A stretch of DNA of 64,000 nt, taken from contig CM052816.1 of NCBI GenBank assembly GCA_028534125.1, positions 27,530,001 to 27,594,000 on the forward strand. The letters run 5' to 3'. Shown here in pieces: positions 11,620 through 24,273 of the stretch; positions within the stretch are counted from its first letter, which is position 1; every line of letters starts with the position of its first letter. The notes under the pieces are model-generated. The model did not search any database. It saw only the letters and a list, made by a program, of their open reading frames with translations, and had not been told where the DNA came from. A program made the translations under genes and the position numbers. This DNA comes from Lama glama. Its lineage: Eukaryota.

Positions 11620-14200
11620 GTTTCTTTGAACAACAGATGACAAGAAAACTAAGTTTAAATATTTCCATTTACAATAATCTGAAAACACACTAGATACTTA
11701 TGAATTAATTTAACAAAAGAGATGCAAAGTTTCTACATTAAACATTATAAAACACTGCTGAAAGAAATTAGAAACTAGGTAGAGTGTATACTATGTTTAT
11801 GGATTGGAAGATTCATATTGTTAAAGTGTAATTTCTCCCCAGATTGACCTATAGATTCAACGCTACGTCAATCAGAATTCCAACAGTATTTTTAGGTGGA
11901 AATTGTCCAGGTGTTTCTAAAATGTATATGGAAGTATAAAGAACAGTCAAAATATTTTTGGGGGACTTTCACTACCTGATGAAGACTTACTATAAATCTA
12001 TAATAACCAAGTCAGTGTGGTAATGGCATGAGAATAAGTAAACAGAAGAGTGAAAAACACATAGGAAGCCCAGAAATAGATCTACATATATAGGCAAACT
12101 GATTTTTGACAAAGGTGCCAAGGGGCGTCTTGGAGAAATAGTCTTTTCAACAAATTGTGCTGAATCAACAGGATATCCATGTGAAACAAACCTCAACTTC
12201 TACCTCATACTTTACCCAAAAGTATTCTTAGATGGACCATAGACCTGAACATAGAGCTAAAATTATAAAGCTTATAGAAGAAAATATGGAAGAAAATCTT
12301 GTCAATTTGGGTTAGAAAGATTTCTTAGGATGCAAAAAGAAAAAAATCGATCAAATAGATTTTATAAAAATTAAAAACTCCTGTTCTTCAAAAAACATTA
12401 AGAAAATGAAAAGGTAAGCCCATGGACACAGAAAATACTTGTAATACATAAGTCTCACATAAGTCTTGTTTCCAGAATGTATTAAAAAAAAACCCTCTTA
12501 TACCTTAATAATAATATAAGAAAAAATGGGCAAAAAATTGAATACATATTTCATAAATGAGTAGCACACACACACACAAAAACAGCACATAAAAGATACG
12601 TTCAAAATCATTAGTCATTAAGGAAATGCAAATTAAAATAACAATGAAATACCACTTCATCCCAAAAAATAAAATGGAAAAAGATTGCTATATCAAGGGT
12701 TGGCAAGAATGTGGAACAATGGGATCTCTATATGTGCTGGGGATCCCCATATGTGAATGTAAAATAATACAACTACTTATAAAAAGATTTGACAGTTTCT
12801 TACAAAATTAAACATGTACCTTATTCTAAAGATGCAGCAATTCTACCCCTAAGTATTTCTCAAAAAACAAAACAAAATACATCCATAGAATAACTCATAG
12901 ATGAATACCCATAGCAGCCTTATTCATAATAGCTCTCGTCTGGAACACAAACAAACAAATAAACAAACTATGGCATGTCCATAGCATGAAACACTACTCA
13001 TTATAAAAAACAAATGAACTGTTGATAGAGCAACAACAAGGATGACTCTTACAGACATGTTGAGAAAAGAACAGACACAAAAGGTTATCTGCTGAGTCAA
13101 AACTACCATGAGGTATCACCTCACACCAGTTAGAATAGCCATCATTTGAAAGTCCACAAATGATAAATGCAGGAGAGGCTGTGGAGAAAAGGAAACCCTC
13201 CTACACTGTTTGTGGGAATGTAGTTTGGTGCAGCCATTGTGGAAAACAGTATGGAGATCCTTCAAAAGACTAAAAATAGACTTAACATATGATCCAGCGA
13301 TCCCACTTCTGGGTATATATATCCAGAGGGAATCTTAATTCAAAAAGATACCTGCACCCCAATGTTCATAGTAGCACTATTTACAATAGCCAAGACATGG
13401 AAACAACGTAATGTCCATTGAAAGATGACTGGATAAAAAGTTGTTGTATATTTATACAATGGAATGCTACTCTGCTATAAAAAAGAATAAAATAATTCCA
13501 TTTGCAGCAACATGGATGGCCCTGGAGACTGTCATTCTAAGTGAAGTAAGCCAGAAAGAGAAAGAAAAATACCATATGATATCACTCATATGGGAATCTA
13601 AAAAAAAATAAATAAATAAGACAAATGAACTTATTTACAAAACAGAAGCAGATTCTCAGACATAGAATACAAACTTATGGTTACCGAGGGGAAGAAGGTG
13701 GGAAGGGATAAATTGGGATTTTGAGATTTGCAGATACTGACTGGTATATATAAAATAGATAAACAAGTTCATACCGTTTAGCACAGGGACCTATATTCAA
13801 TATCTTGTAGTTTATGGTGAAAAAGAATATGAAAACAAATATATGTACATTCATGTATGAGTGAAGCATTGTGCTATACACTAGAAATTGACACACATTG
13901 AAAACTGACTTATACTTCAATAAAAAAAGAAAAAAAGGATATTTGCTGTATAATTCCTACTTATATGAAGTCCTAGAGCATATAAAACTAATCTATGTGA
14001 AAAAAATCAGAACTGTGGTTTCCTGGGGCAGAGGTGGAGTGGGCTCATGGGGACTTAATGGAATGATGGAAATAGTCTATATCTTGATTGTGGTGCTGAT
14101 TACAAAGGCATATACATTTTTTAAACTTCATCAAACTATGTACTTGATGTTGTACATCTTATTTTGCATAAATTATATCTCAATAAAGTTGATTTACTTT
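11620..14200 (+). mobile_element. Old L1M element (ORF2 3' part plus 3'UTR), interrupted by a younger L1
   Basis: ORF2-derived motifs 'tatggattggaagattcatattgttaaa', 'gatttttgacaaaggtgccaag' and 'gaaatgcaaattaaaataacaatgaaataccac', and 3' end 'aattatatctcaataaagttg'. Heavily disrupted. Confidence 0.85.
13095..13932 (+). mobile_element. Younger 5'-truncated L1 nested in the older L1
   Basis: Well-preserved ORF2 C-terminal motifs ('gaggtatcacctcacaccagttagaatagccatc', 'cacccc aatgttcatagtagcactatttacaatagccaagacatgg'), a 3'UTR and an A-tail. Degenerate 16-bp TSD aaaaggttatctgctg (13079-13094) / aaaaggatatttgctg (13933-13948). Confidence 0.88.
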
Positions 14201-14369
14201 TTAAAGAATCTTCCTGCCTCAAAGTAACAAAATAGGTACTTTTTAAAAATTAAATAAAGATTGTCCCTTTTTCTGTGTCTAGGGAAAACACCCGCATGAT
14301 TGTTTACTTATAATATACAATTGTAATATGTAGTCTTTGTTTACTTTTAAATTCTAATGTCCAAGTACC

Positions 14370-14580
14370 AAACAGTAACAACAGTTATCATCTGCTTAGT
14401 GCCTAACATAAGCTAGATTCTCTGCCATATACTTACAAACATTTCATCCTCACAACAATCCTGCAAGCTAGGTCTGATCATCTTTATTTTTGGCTGAGAA
14501 ACCTGAGTCTCTGAATAGTTTAATTTGTCCAAGAACTCTCTGTTAATAGTGGAGGTAACAGTTATCCAAGGACTGTCTGT
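14370..14580 (-). mobile_element. MIR SINE
   Basis: 'catttcatcctcacaacaatcctgcaag...gagaaacctgagtctctgaatagtttaatttgtccaag' resembles the antisense MIR core. Confidence 0.7.
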
Positions 14581-14799
14581 CTCCATTACCCAGTCAACTT
14601 GTATGTCACACTCATCCCAAAGCCATTTACCCATAGGCACTAGCTAGCTGGTCATTGCTAGTCTACTCATTTAATTGTCCTGGCCACAATCTTCTTGTTA
14701 TGTAAACTTCAGTGAGTTACTAAGACTAATTTTCCAATAATTAAAACAAAGAAAGAAAATGAAAGAGACTAATACTTTCTTTCTTTCTACTTCGCATGG

Positions 14800-15030
14800 C
14801 AAGAGTAATATAGTGTTTGTAACAGGGTAAACCTGGGGTTCAAAATCTAGCTCTGCCAATTTTTAGCTGAGCACGTTGCTTAATCTAAGTTTCCAGTTTT
14901 ATATCCATAAAATGGAAGTATTAAAAACCATCTCACAGGGTTGCTGTGAGGATAAGATGAGGTAATACATTTAAGCACTTTGCACTGTGCCAGGAACATA
15001 GCAAATGACAAGAAATAGAAATGCTTGTTA
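14800..15030 (+). mobile_element. MIR SINE
   Basis: 'cctggggttcaaaatctagctctgcca...cataaaatggaagta...ctcacagggttgctgtgaggataagatgag' matches the MIR core. Confidence 0.8.
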
Positions 15031-15119
15031 TTAATGACAGGACAGGTATTGTCCTTTAAAGGGGGTGATTGAGTTGCTTATTTTTATTACTGCTCATTTC
15101 CTTATTATATTCTTCCTCT

Positions 15120-15195
15120 ACTGAGGATCCATTTAACAAGCTTGAAAAGTCGCCGTGACTGAGGATCCATTTAACAAGCTTGAAAAGGCGCCGTG
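15120..15195. repeat. 38-bp tandem duplication (2 copies, 1 mismatch)
   Basis: actgaggatccatttaacaagcttgaaaag[t/g]cgccgtg at 15120-15157 and 15158-15195. Confidence 0.95.
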
Positions 15196-15611
15196 TATTC
15201 AGCTCAATTATTTGGGCATGAGGGATTCCTCAGTCACAGATCATTTTGACACTGTATACATTCATTTAAGATTTTCACTTAATATGCATTTAACATTTTC
15301 ATTTAATCAATTCATTTAAATTTTCAAATATGTCAGTGCGTTATAGGCTCTTGCACTAATTATTTGCGAAAACTTATACAGACGGTTGAGAATAAAGTAT
15401 AAAACATATGTCACTGGCAGAAAAGCCTGTCTTGTTCCCATAAGTAACTCAGAATAGTGGTCAAACTGTTTAGTTCCATTATGTAATGGTACCTATAGGA
15501 GATAGAGTTCTCGCAGACTTTATGAGGTTCAAATTTTCTTTTTTCACCTGACACCTTCTGGAAAGGATGACTGTGATCCATGAAATGGTTGAAATGTAGG
15601 AAAAGAAAGTA

Positions 15612-15748
15612 AACCTATAATGAAAATATGAAAATGAATATATGTACATACATATATGTATGAACAAACCTATTATGCTGTACACCAGAAATGAGACAAC
15701 ACTGTAAACTGACTATACTGCAATTTAAAAAAAAAAAAGAAAAGAAAA
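15612..15748 (+). mobile_element. Short L1 3'-end fragment with A-tail
   Basis: 'tattatgctgtacaccagaaatgagacaacactgtaaactgactatactgcaattt' followed by poly-A; resembles the 3' end of the young L1 near 13900. Confidence 0.8.
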
Positions 15749-18700
15749 TATGTAGAAGCCAAAGAAACTCATGTTTACAACAATGTACTAACTATATAAC
15801 TAACTGGGCCTGCTTTAAAAGGCTCTCATAGCTCTAAGAGCCATTGTATAAAAAGTCTTTGATTCTTTGCATAAGGGGTTACCTAATCAAGAAGTAAGAC
15901 GGTAAAATGAACAGTATTCTAGTGAAAACAGAAAGAAAAAGAATAATTTTTCTCAAGCTGATCTCAAGCAATGATTAGGAAACAGGTTTTCACATTTAGA
16001 GCCCCATCAAAAACTTTCCTCACTCTGCCTCTGCTCCAAATATCAGTGAGGCTGATGCCAGGAAGAGCCAAGAAGCAGCAAATAAGGAAGGATGTGGACC
16101 AAGGAGCACACCTTATTGTATCAATTAAAAACAGGAATAACCCTGGTACACTTCACGGCATGAAGAACAGTTGGCTTTTTGTCACTGGACCATCAGGCCA
16201 GATCAAATCACTTGGACTTCACTTGTAGGCAGTTTTGCCAATTGGCTGACCATTGATTTTTGTTTCAATACAACCAAATTACTTTGAACTCTGATTCACT
16301 GAATTTCAAAGACCCATTCTCCTATCATAACTTCACCTCTTCTCATTTTCTTATAGTGACTAACATTATTTACTTGATCACATAAAATAAATATGCATTA
16401 AAGACTCTAAAAAGAAATACTTTTCCATTCCCTAGGGTTAAGCTCCACTTTTCCATTCCCTTGGTGGCCCAAGGGGATGGGTAACCAAATAAGATATATT
16501 TAAAATTCATTATTTCTGGAATTCTTCTACCCAGTCTGTTTACAGATATTTTTTTTTTCATTTCAGTCTTGACACAGAGACAAGTGTGTACCAACTGTCT
16601 ACTTTTTATATTTGGGTGAGTACCTGGAAGTGGTATGTGGCAGAAGACAAGAAGTAGAGAACACAAACACATTGTTAACTTCAAAACTAACTTACTCCTC
16701 TCCTCCATTTTACCCCAAGTAAAAAGACTTCTGGTTCACTCTGTTCCCCTTTCTAAATTACTTTAAAACAAACAAAAACATGCTCAGTATCTCCATTCAC
16801 CTCTCAATTCATCTACCTTGTGACAGATATCATACCTACCTCTTTTTTCAATTATTTCTCAAACATTTCCTACTTCCCACTTTGTTTGTTAATTGTATTG
16901 TCTGCGACGTCTTCAAACTACATGGCACCAAAGCACATATGAGCATTTTTAGTCTTTACCAATGAATAACGTTTGTATGAGCCTCCTCAGCCCCAAAGTA
17001 AAGAATCTGTTCTCAACCTAGAGTCCTTTGACTATGGCCTTAGTGCTTGGGCTTTGATCATTCAGTGGCACTGCTGTTTGGCTTGGGCTTTCTGCACAAC
17101 TCTACTTTTCCATTTGTATGAATTATCTCACAAATATAAATATAGCTTACAAATATCAGAACACAGCCTTATGACTCCTTTTACTTCCTGATCAATGGGC
17201 CAGACACTGCAGTTTAAATTCTTGATACTGAGAGCCTAGAATCTTAAAAAAAAAAATAGCATCATTCCACCTCTTGTCCTCTTATGCTGTATCGCTATAT
17301 AATGCAGAAATGTCCACAAAAAGAGTTCTAGGTCAAAGTAGAATCAGCTCTGGAGCCTACTAAAGCTAAAAGCAAAAGTATCTTGATGTAGCTATGGTTA
17401 TTATTATTATTAATGATTATTTCAGTGTTGAGTAGAAGGAACTGTAGTTTCTCCAATTTTGTGAACAGAAAGCATAATGTGTGCCTAGACTGTCTCCTGT
17501 AGAGCTGGCAAACACTTCCAATTGTCCCCAATGTGCTAGCCACATGTTTGTTTTTAGCTGGCTGAGTCTTAAGAAAGAGTTTGGAGAAAGTGGAAGAGAG
17601 AGAAAACCAACCCAATTTCATGAAGAAGTACTACAAAGGATAATGTGTTTTTGCCCTCCTAAAGCAGTATGTGTGTGTTTAAAAGAAAATAAGTGGTCCA
17701 CACATTACTATTCTAGTTAGTTATTTTGTTCTCATAAGACCTTTTTAAGTCTGTTAGAGCAAATATGAAAAAAATGTACTTTATTCAGCTATAAATTGAT
17801 AGTGAATCAACTGATATTCATTGAGTGCTCAGATATGCAAATCACCATTATGATTTACTATACTTCAGAGTATAACTGTTCAAGAAATATTTGTGAAGCA
17901 AATAAATGTGTATCAAATTTCTGATGGGAAATATGTAAAAAGAGAAAATGGTAGTCTGTAGACTCACACAGAATACATCCAAAGTTTTAAAGTCCGAGTA
18001 AAGGAGTTATTCAATTAAATATTAATAATCACGAAGAAACATTATAGTGAAAGAAATGAAAGTAACTGGATTTTGGATATTCATAAAAATCAGAGATTTC
18101 AAAACTAGGAAAAAATACTTTACAAAGGATATGGGTTAATCCTTGAATCCTACACATAACTAAGAGCCAGGAAAAGTAAGTCAGCTGTCCAAAGATACAT
18201 AGCTTTTTAATGCAAATACCAGGATTGGAAACAAGAGTATTTTATCTAAGATCCGCGGAAAAACTTTCTACCCCACGACTAGGGGCCACTCTGGTCTGCC
18301 ACTCTGACAGTCTGAACCCCATAGCAGAGGTCTTCCCTCAGCAATGTGTGGTCAAGCCTTAGCAGTTGTGGGCTTCTTTTTTCTGGGGAATGAGCTGTTT
18401 ACAGTGAATACAGAGCATTTTTCAGTTGAGAGAAAATTATACTGTCTCCCTTCCTGCTTCTCCTATAATTTGGCCTGTCCATCCAAATTATACACACCTG
18501 CTTCTTCTTTTTACTCCATCTTCGTTTCATGGGTTTGGGGAATTGAGCAGTGAAGTTCTGTAGCAAGTCTATAAAATGGTAGCTAGAGATGTCTGACCTT
18601 TGTACAGATGGATGGCACTGTTGACCAGTTATTCACGGGGTCTGCACTTGAATTTTTATCTTCATCGTTGTAGTACTAGATTTGGCAATCCACTGGCAAG

Positions 18701-18990
18701 CTTCCATCCAATACACCTTTGTGACCAAGGATGCTGTGTGGTTATGGGCAGAGCAAATCTAACTTGATGCACTAACAGCCATACCCATCACCCTGGATTC
18801 AGGATCATGAGATCTGATGAGCTGAGGGAACTAGCCAAGCCCCTTCAGTATCAGTCAGGGTTCCTGAGAGGCAAACAATAGAAATGGACTCTGACCACAA
18901 TGAGCCACAAAGGAATGCAGGGAAAAATCAATGGAAAAGCTGAAGAACCAGGTCTTGGAAGGTACTGGCCTAAGACAGCTTAAGGGGAAT

Positions 18991-19607
18991 TGATGCAGGA
19001 AAACGGATGTGGGGCATGAGGGCTGTGTCCCAGGTCTCGGTTGAGCCCCTGGGACGTGCCCCGCCAAGTGTGGGTCTTGGCTTTGCACAGTAAAGAATTC
19101 AAGAGCGAGCCACTGTTGAGTGAAGGTAGATTTATTCAGAGAGATACACTGAAAGGCAAGAGAAAGGCCACGAGGTGTGGGGGTTGGGTGCTTAGATTAA
19201 AAGTAGGTACACACTCCATAGACAGAATGTGGGCCGTCTCCGAAGAGGGAGAGAAAAAAGGCTCCGTGTTTCTGGTTTTTATGGGCTTGGTGGCTTCATA
19301 TACTACGTAAGTGGAAGGACCAGTTTAAGCAGCCTGGGGAAGGGGCTGGGATTCCCAGGAAGTTGGCCATTTTCCACTCGTTGACCTTTTGTGGCTAGCC
19401 TTGGGACTGCCATGGTGCCTGTTGGTGTGTTATTCACCATGTTAATATATTACATTAGGCGTATAATGAAGCTCAAGATCTACTAGAAGTTAAATCTCTC
19501 ACCATCCTGAGCCTCAAGGCCTACTAGGGGTTGACTCTTTCACCATTTTGATGTTAATTTGCTGTGGCATTCCTTGAATGGCTGTGCCCTGCCCTCTTCC
19601 TGTCTCA
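18991..19607 (-). mobile_element. Solo ERV LTR (617 bp, probably class I/ERV1) with 4-bp TSD
   Basis: TG...CA ends with an imperfect terminal inverted repeat (TGATGCAGGAA / TTCCTGTCTCA). GAAT is duplicated at 18987-18990 and 19608-19611. Minus-strand AATAAA at 19131-19136 and a TATA-like CATAAAA near 19277-19283. Confidence 0.85.
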
Positions 19608-20919
19608 GAATCTGCATAGCAAGAACTCATAGAAACTTTCTTTAGTAGTGGAAAGAGTGGGTTCCAACATTTCTGACCCTTGTGTATTTCTACTAAAGAT
19701 CTGAATTCTAGGGGGATGATTCCATTAGTTGTGCTTGAATCTCAGGACCACTGCTTGAAGTAGGGGAAGTTTCCAAAAGGGAAACACAGCTGTTATTAAC
19801 AGAAAAAAAAAAAGTGAAATGGGTGTTGAGTAGTCAAATTAGCAGACATTCACCACACCACAAAACGTGGGGATTAAACATGGAGAGACAGAGAGCAACA
19901 CTGATGAGGTTAATCAAACCTGGTTTTGAGTCATACTTTTAGATCAAGCTGTTAATTTTTTTTCTTTGAAATGTTTCCAGCACTGCCCAAACCCTGAATG
20001 GTATGTGATAACTGGCCCATTAAGTATCTCTTTCCAGTCAGCATTACCTACCTCCTATCCACAGCCTTCTCTTCTGGCCACTCCCACTCCTTTCTCTTTA
20101 CCAAAATCTGAAACCCAAGGCTTTTTCTTCAGCAACCTCTTTGTTTAGATTGGAAGATCAATCAAACACCATAGGATTCTTTACTGACTTTCCAACATTT
20201 AACAAATGGTGACCTAATTTTTTTTTAAATCCGATCAAACCTCTTTATTAGTGCATGAAGAGAAAAAAGTCAGATGAAACGCTTACTTGAAGCTGCCTTC
20301 TGAGTGCTCTCTTACGCAGACTTGCTCTAGCCCCCTTTACTGAAACCTCCTGCTAGACACTGTGGAAATGAAAGATAGGTCTCCACTTCTATCCAAAGTA
20401 CAAATCAGGCCGGCATTTTGAAGAGAGACAGGTTTATTCATCACTTCAGCATTAGCTGGCTTTGTTTCCTGTAATATTTCACTTTTGGTTATTAAAATAT
20501 TCATTGTAGGAAATAAATTTGTAACCCATTTCTCATATTACCTACACACAGAAAAAACAAAATTTGATATCCTGGGGATTATTTGCTGAGGGCGCTTCCC
20601 ATAAAAGCGAGGAGTGTGCATTGGGAAATTTGTGTGGTTAACTCCTTACAGATAAACGTTAGTCACAATCCTCACTCTGCCCCCCATCCCCCCGCCCCGA
20701 CTCTCGCCCCCAGCACCCTCCCCACCTCCCGACTTTCCGCCTCTCCAGGGCTGGTGACCTAATAGCATTTTTCTTCATGCATATTTTGGCGTCGCCCCAT
20801 GGCCTGGCTGCCTTAGCCTGTCTGAGTCTTTTGAAATTCCTGCATGTTCGCCCCAGATTAAGCAGAGTGTGTCTCAGGATGTGTGTTCCGTTTTGTTCTT
20901 TCCCCTTAACGCTCCCTGT

Positions 20920-21110
20920 GCAACGTGTCTGGGGGGAGGAGGGCAAGACGGGGAGGGGAGGGAGGGGCAGAGGCGAGGAGCTGTCCGCCTTGCACGTTTC
21001 CAATCACATTACGTGAACAAATAGCGGAGGGGCGGCCGGGCCAGAACGGCTTGTGTAACTTTGCAAATGTGCCAGAAAGTTTAAAATCTCTCCTCCTTCC
21101 TTCACTCCAG
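20920..21110 (+). promoter_or_regulatory. LOX: LOX proximal promoter with HRE cores, CCAAT box, G-rich boxes and a TATA-like element
   Basis: ACGTG 20923-20927, CACGT 20993-20997, CCAAT 21000-21004, TACGTG 21010-21015, TTTAAAA 21080-21086. TSS inferred near 21103-21110. LOX is an established HIF-1 target. Confidence 0.75.
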
Positions 21111-22150
21111 ACACTGCCCGTTCGCCGGGGCCGCCGCGCCGCTCCCCATCGCCTCCCAGAAAGACTGAGAAAGAGGAGAGAGGCGAGTGCCACGTCCCAG
21201 CAGCCGCCTTTACTGGAGAGGGTCTGCAGCCTACCCTTGGCACTGCTTGGTGGGGACTGAGATACCACGCGCTCAGCCTGACTCCCCGGTTGAAGATTTC
21301 TCCCTCCTTCACGTGATTTGAGCCCGGTTTCTCTTTTCTGCGAGCTACGTCCTTCTGGAGTGGAGACAATCCGGCAAAGGGAGCGATGCGCTTCGCCTGG
21401 ACCGCACTTCTACTCGGACCGCTGCAGCTCTGCGCACTCGTGCGCTGCGCCCCGCCGGCCGCCGGCCAGCAGCAGCCCCCTCGTGAGCCGCCGGCGCCTC
21501 CGGGCGCCTGGCGCCAGAGGATCCAATGGGAGAACAACGGGCAGGTGTTCAGCCTGCTGAGCTTGGGCTCTCAGTACCAGCCGCAGCGCCGACGGGACCC
21601 GGGCGCCACCGCCCCGGGCGCCGCCAATGCTACTGCCCCGCAGCTGCGCACGCCAATCCTGCTGCTCCGCAACAACCGCACGGCGGCGGCGCGGGCGCGG
21701 ACGGCTGGCTCATCTGGAGCCACCGCCGGCCGCCCGAGGCCCGCTGCCCGCCACTGGTTCCAAGCTGGCTACTCGACGTCTGGGGCCCGCGACGCTGAGG
21801 CCTCGCGCGCCGGTAACCAGACGGCGCCGGGAGAGCTCCCAACGCTCAGTAACCTGAGACAGCCCAGCCGCGTGGACGTGGATGGCATGGTGGGCGACGA
21901 CCCGTACAACCCCTACAAGTACACCGACGACAACCCCTATTACAACTACTACGACACGTACGAAAGGCCCCGTCCTGGGAGCAGGTACCGTCCCGGATAT
22001 GGCACTGGCTACTTCCAGTATGGTAAGCACCCCCGAGTCACCGGAAACAACCGCACACCCCTTCCCCAATCCTGTGGCTCCCCGACGTGGCTGCCTGGGC
22101 GCGGCAGGCCTTAGTCCATGCACATCCCATCCCTCCCCCTGCGCCTGCAG
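20930..22150. promoter_or_regulatory. LOX: CpG island over the LOX promoter and exon 1
   Basis: Abrupt rise in GC and CpG density against an AT-rich, CpG-depleted background. Limits judged by eye. Confidence 0.9.
21386..22022 (+). CDS. LOX: Lysyl oxidase coding exon 1: signal peptide, propeptide, BMP-1 cleavage site and Tyr-rich start of the mature enzyme
   Basis: [21 protein letters not shown]...[20 protein letters not shown]...[12 protein letters not shown]...GYFQY. Gly170/Asp171 cleavage site at 21893-21898. Donor G|gtaagc; 637 nt, phase 1. Confidence 0.99.
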
Positions 22151-22365
22151 AGGCAGCCCAGGAATCTGGTGCAAACCGCGTGCCTGGCCCCTCCTGCTTC
22201 TTTTCCTCATTACTTTGCAGCCCTAGGCGTCCCCATTCTCCTGCTGCCCGCAGCCCAACACTGCAGTCTGGTTGGGTAAAGGCTGAGGGGTGAGGGACAT
22301 GGAGGGACCCAGAGCCAGGGTGGAGGCCGCTGAGTCGTCTCACTGTTATGCCCATCTGCTGCTGA

Positions 22366-22647
<282 letters not shown>

Positions 22648-23553
22648 TAGATGGAGGGTTAAAATTTTGAAGATTTCTGTGGCTTCTGGCTTTGAAACTG
22701 GGGCACAAGTCAGGGAAATGAAGCAAATCCCTTCTCCTGGAAAGTGGGGGTCACCTATTCTTTTTCCAGGATCCTTAAACTCTGGAGCCAACTGTTTTCC
22801 AATAACGTTCTATTAAATTACTGTACAATAATGTGGAAAAAATATTGTAATGGAAGAACTTAATACCCCCTTAAAAGACTGGGGCCCATTTTGCCAGTGT
22901 GGCACCCAACAAGGTTTCCTTTTTTTGTTTGAAGCCACCATTAGTTGTTTTGGTATTACTTCAGCCAGAATAAGAGCATGAGCAAGAGTTTTGTTTTTGC
23001 ATTATTCCTAAAATAAAATCTTAGCAATTTAGGGAATGGAATTCTCTGAGTTTACTGCTGGGAAACCAGCAGAGGGAGCAAAAGATGTTTTGATAGGACA
23101 CATAAAAATTTTTTTAATGTAAAATAAGGTCATCAATAGGATTTGAATATATATTTACTCAAAATATATTAGAAACAAAAAAGAGTAATGCTTGTTTACT
23201 TCGTAAATTTCTTCCACTTTGACCCCCTTATAACTGTCTAAAAGAAGAAATCCAAGCTCATCATTTTCATTCTTGAGTCTTGCATCACTCATACCATTGT
23301 ACTCCCTATATTACAGTAATGCCATTGTTTTAAAGATAGTTACTAAATTATTTCTCTAATCTGGGTGTACTTGTTTAGAGTTACTCCCCCACTTTACATG
23401 CTAGTTAATTCTTTAAGAAAAAAAAACTAAGGCAAAATGCCCTGGTCCCCTGGCACTGAAAGCCTAGTTGGGGGAAGGGAGTAGCTGCCATTATAAAATG
23501 GAAATGTTTTGCCTGTAGTTTTGTCTTTAGTTAACATTCTGTGAAAATAATAA

Positions 23554-23715
<162 letters not shown>

Positions 23716-24273
23716 TAAGTGGATGGCCCTCTTGGGTACTTTGAAGTGGCTTTTTCATTTCACATGTGATTCTTGATATGACAGATTCTAACACAAAGGG
23801 AGAAAATTGCTGTTATTTATCTTTAGAATTTTCAATGTAATTTGACATAATCAAGGAAATCTATCTTTAAGATAACACATCAACTACTGTGTCCTGTTAT
23901 CTTCTACACTAGAAACTCTAAACCCAGTTTATTAATACTGTTGATAAGATACAGCAATTGGCTTCACTAGAATTTTATTCCAAAATACTATGGGTAAGAT
24001 TTCTAAACAAGCCGATTACTGTCAAGATCATCTATAGTTAGTTAGCACCTAATAAATACCACACATTATGAAAAGGATTCAGATACCATTCTCAAAGAAA
24101 GATGTAGATGATATACTCTGTGAACTGAGAAGGATCTACCTCTATCTTTTAAAAGGACTGTACCAAGCCCAAGGTAGTTGCTTGTTTTGTCCTAAATTTA
24201 AATATTTTCACATAAGGTAATTCTATAGTTTGACTTGGTAACTTGCCTCTGTGTTTATTGCCAGGAGATCCTG

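Noticed and set aside
11990..14227. Short ORFs with L1 ORF2-like peptides
   Set aside because: They are fragments of decayed L1 copies, and there is no intact ORF1 or ORF2.
15120..15195. CRISPR-like repeat or vector polylinker (BamHI and HindIII sites in a 38-bp repeat)
   Set aside because: Only two adjacent copies with no spacer, in a mammalian context, and no other vector-like sequence.
21105..21385. Upstream ORF in the LOX 5'UTR
   Set aside because: There is no ATG between the inferred TSS and the start codon at 21386.
22023..22114. Extension of the 242-aa ORF past GYFQYG (KHPRVTG...)
   Set aside because: It is read-through into intron 1 beyond the G|gtaagc donor.
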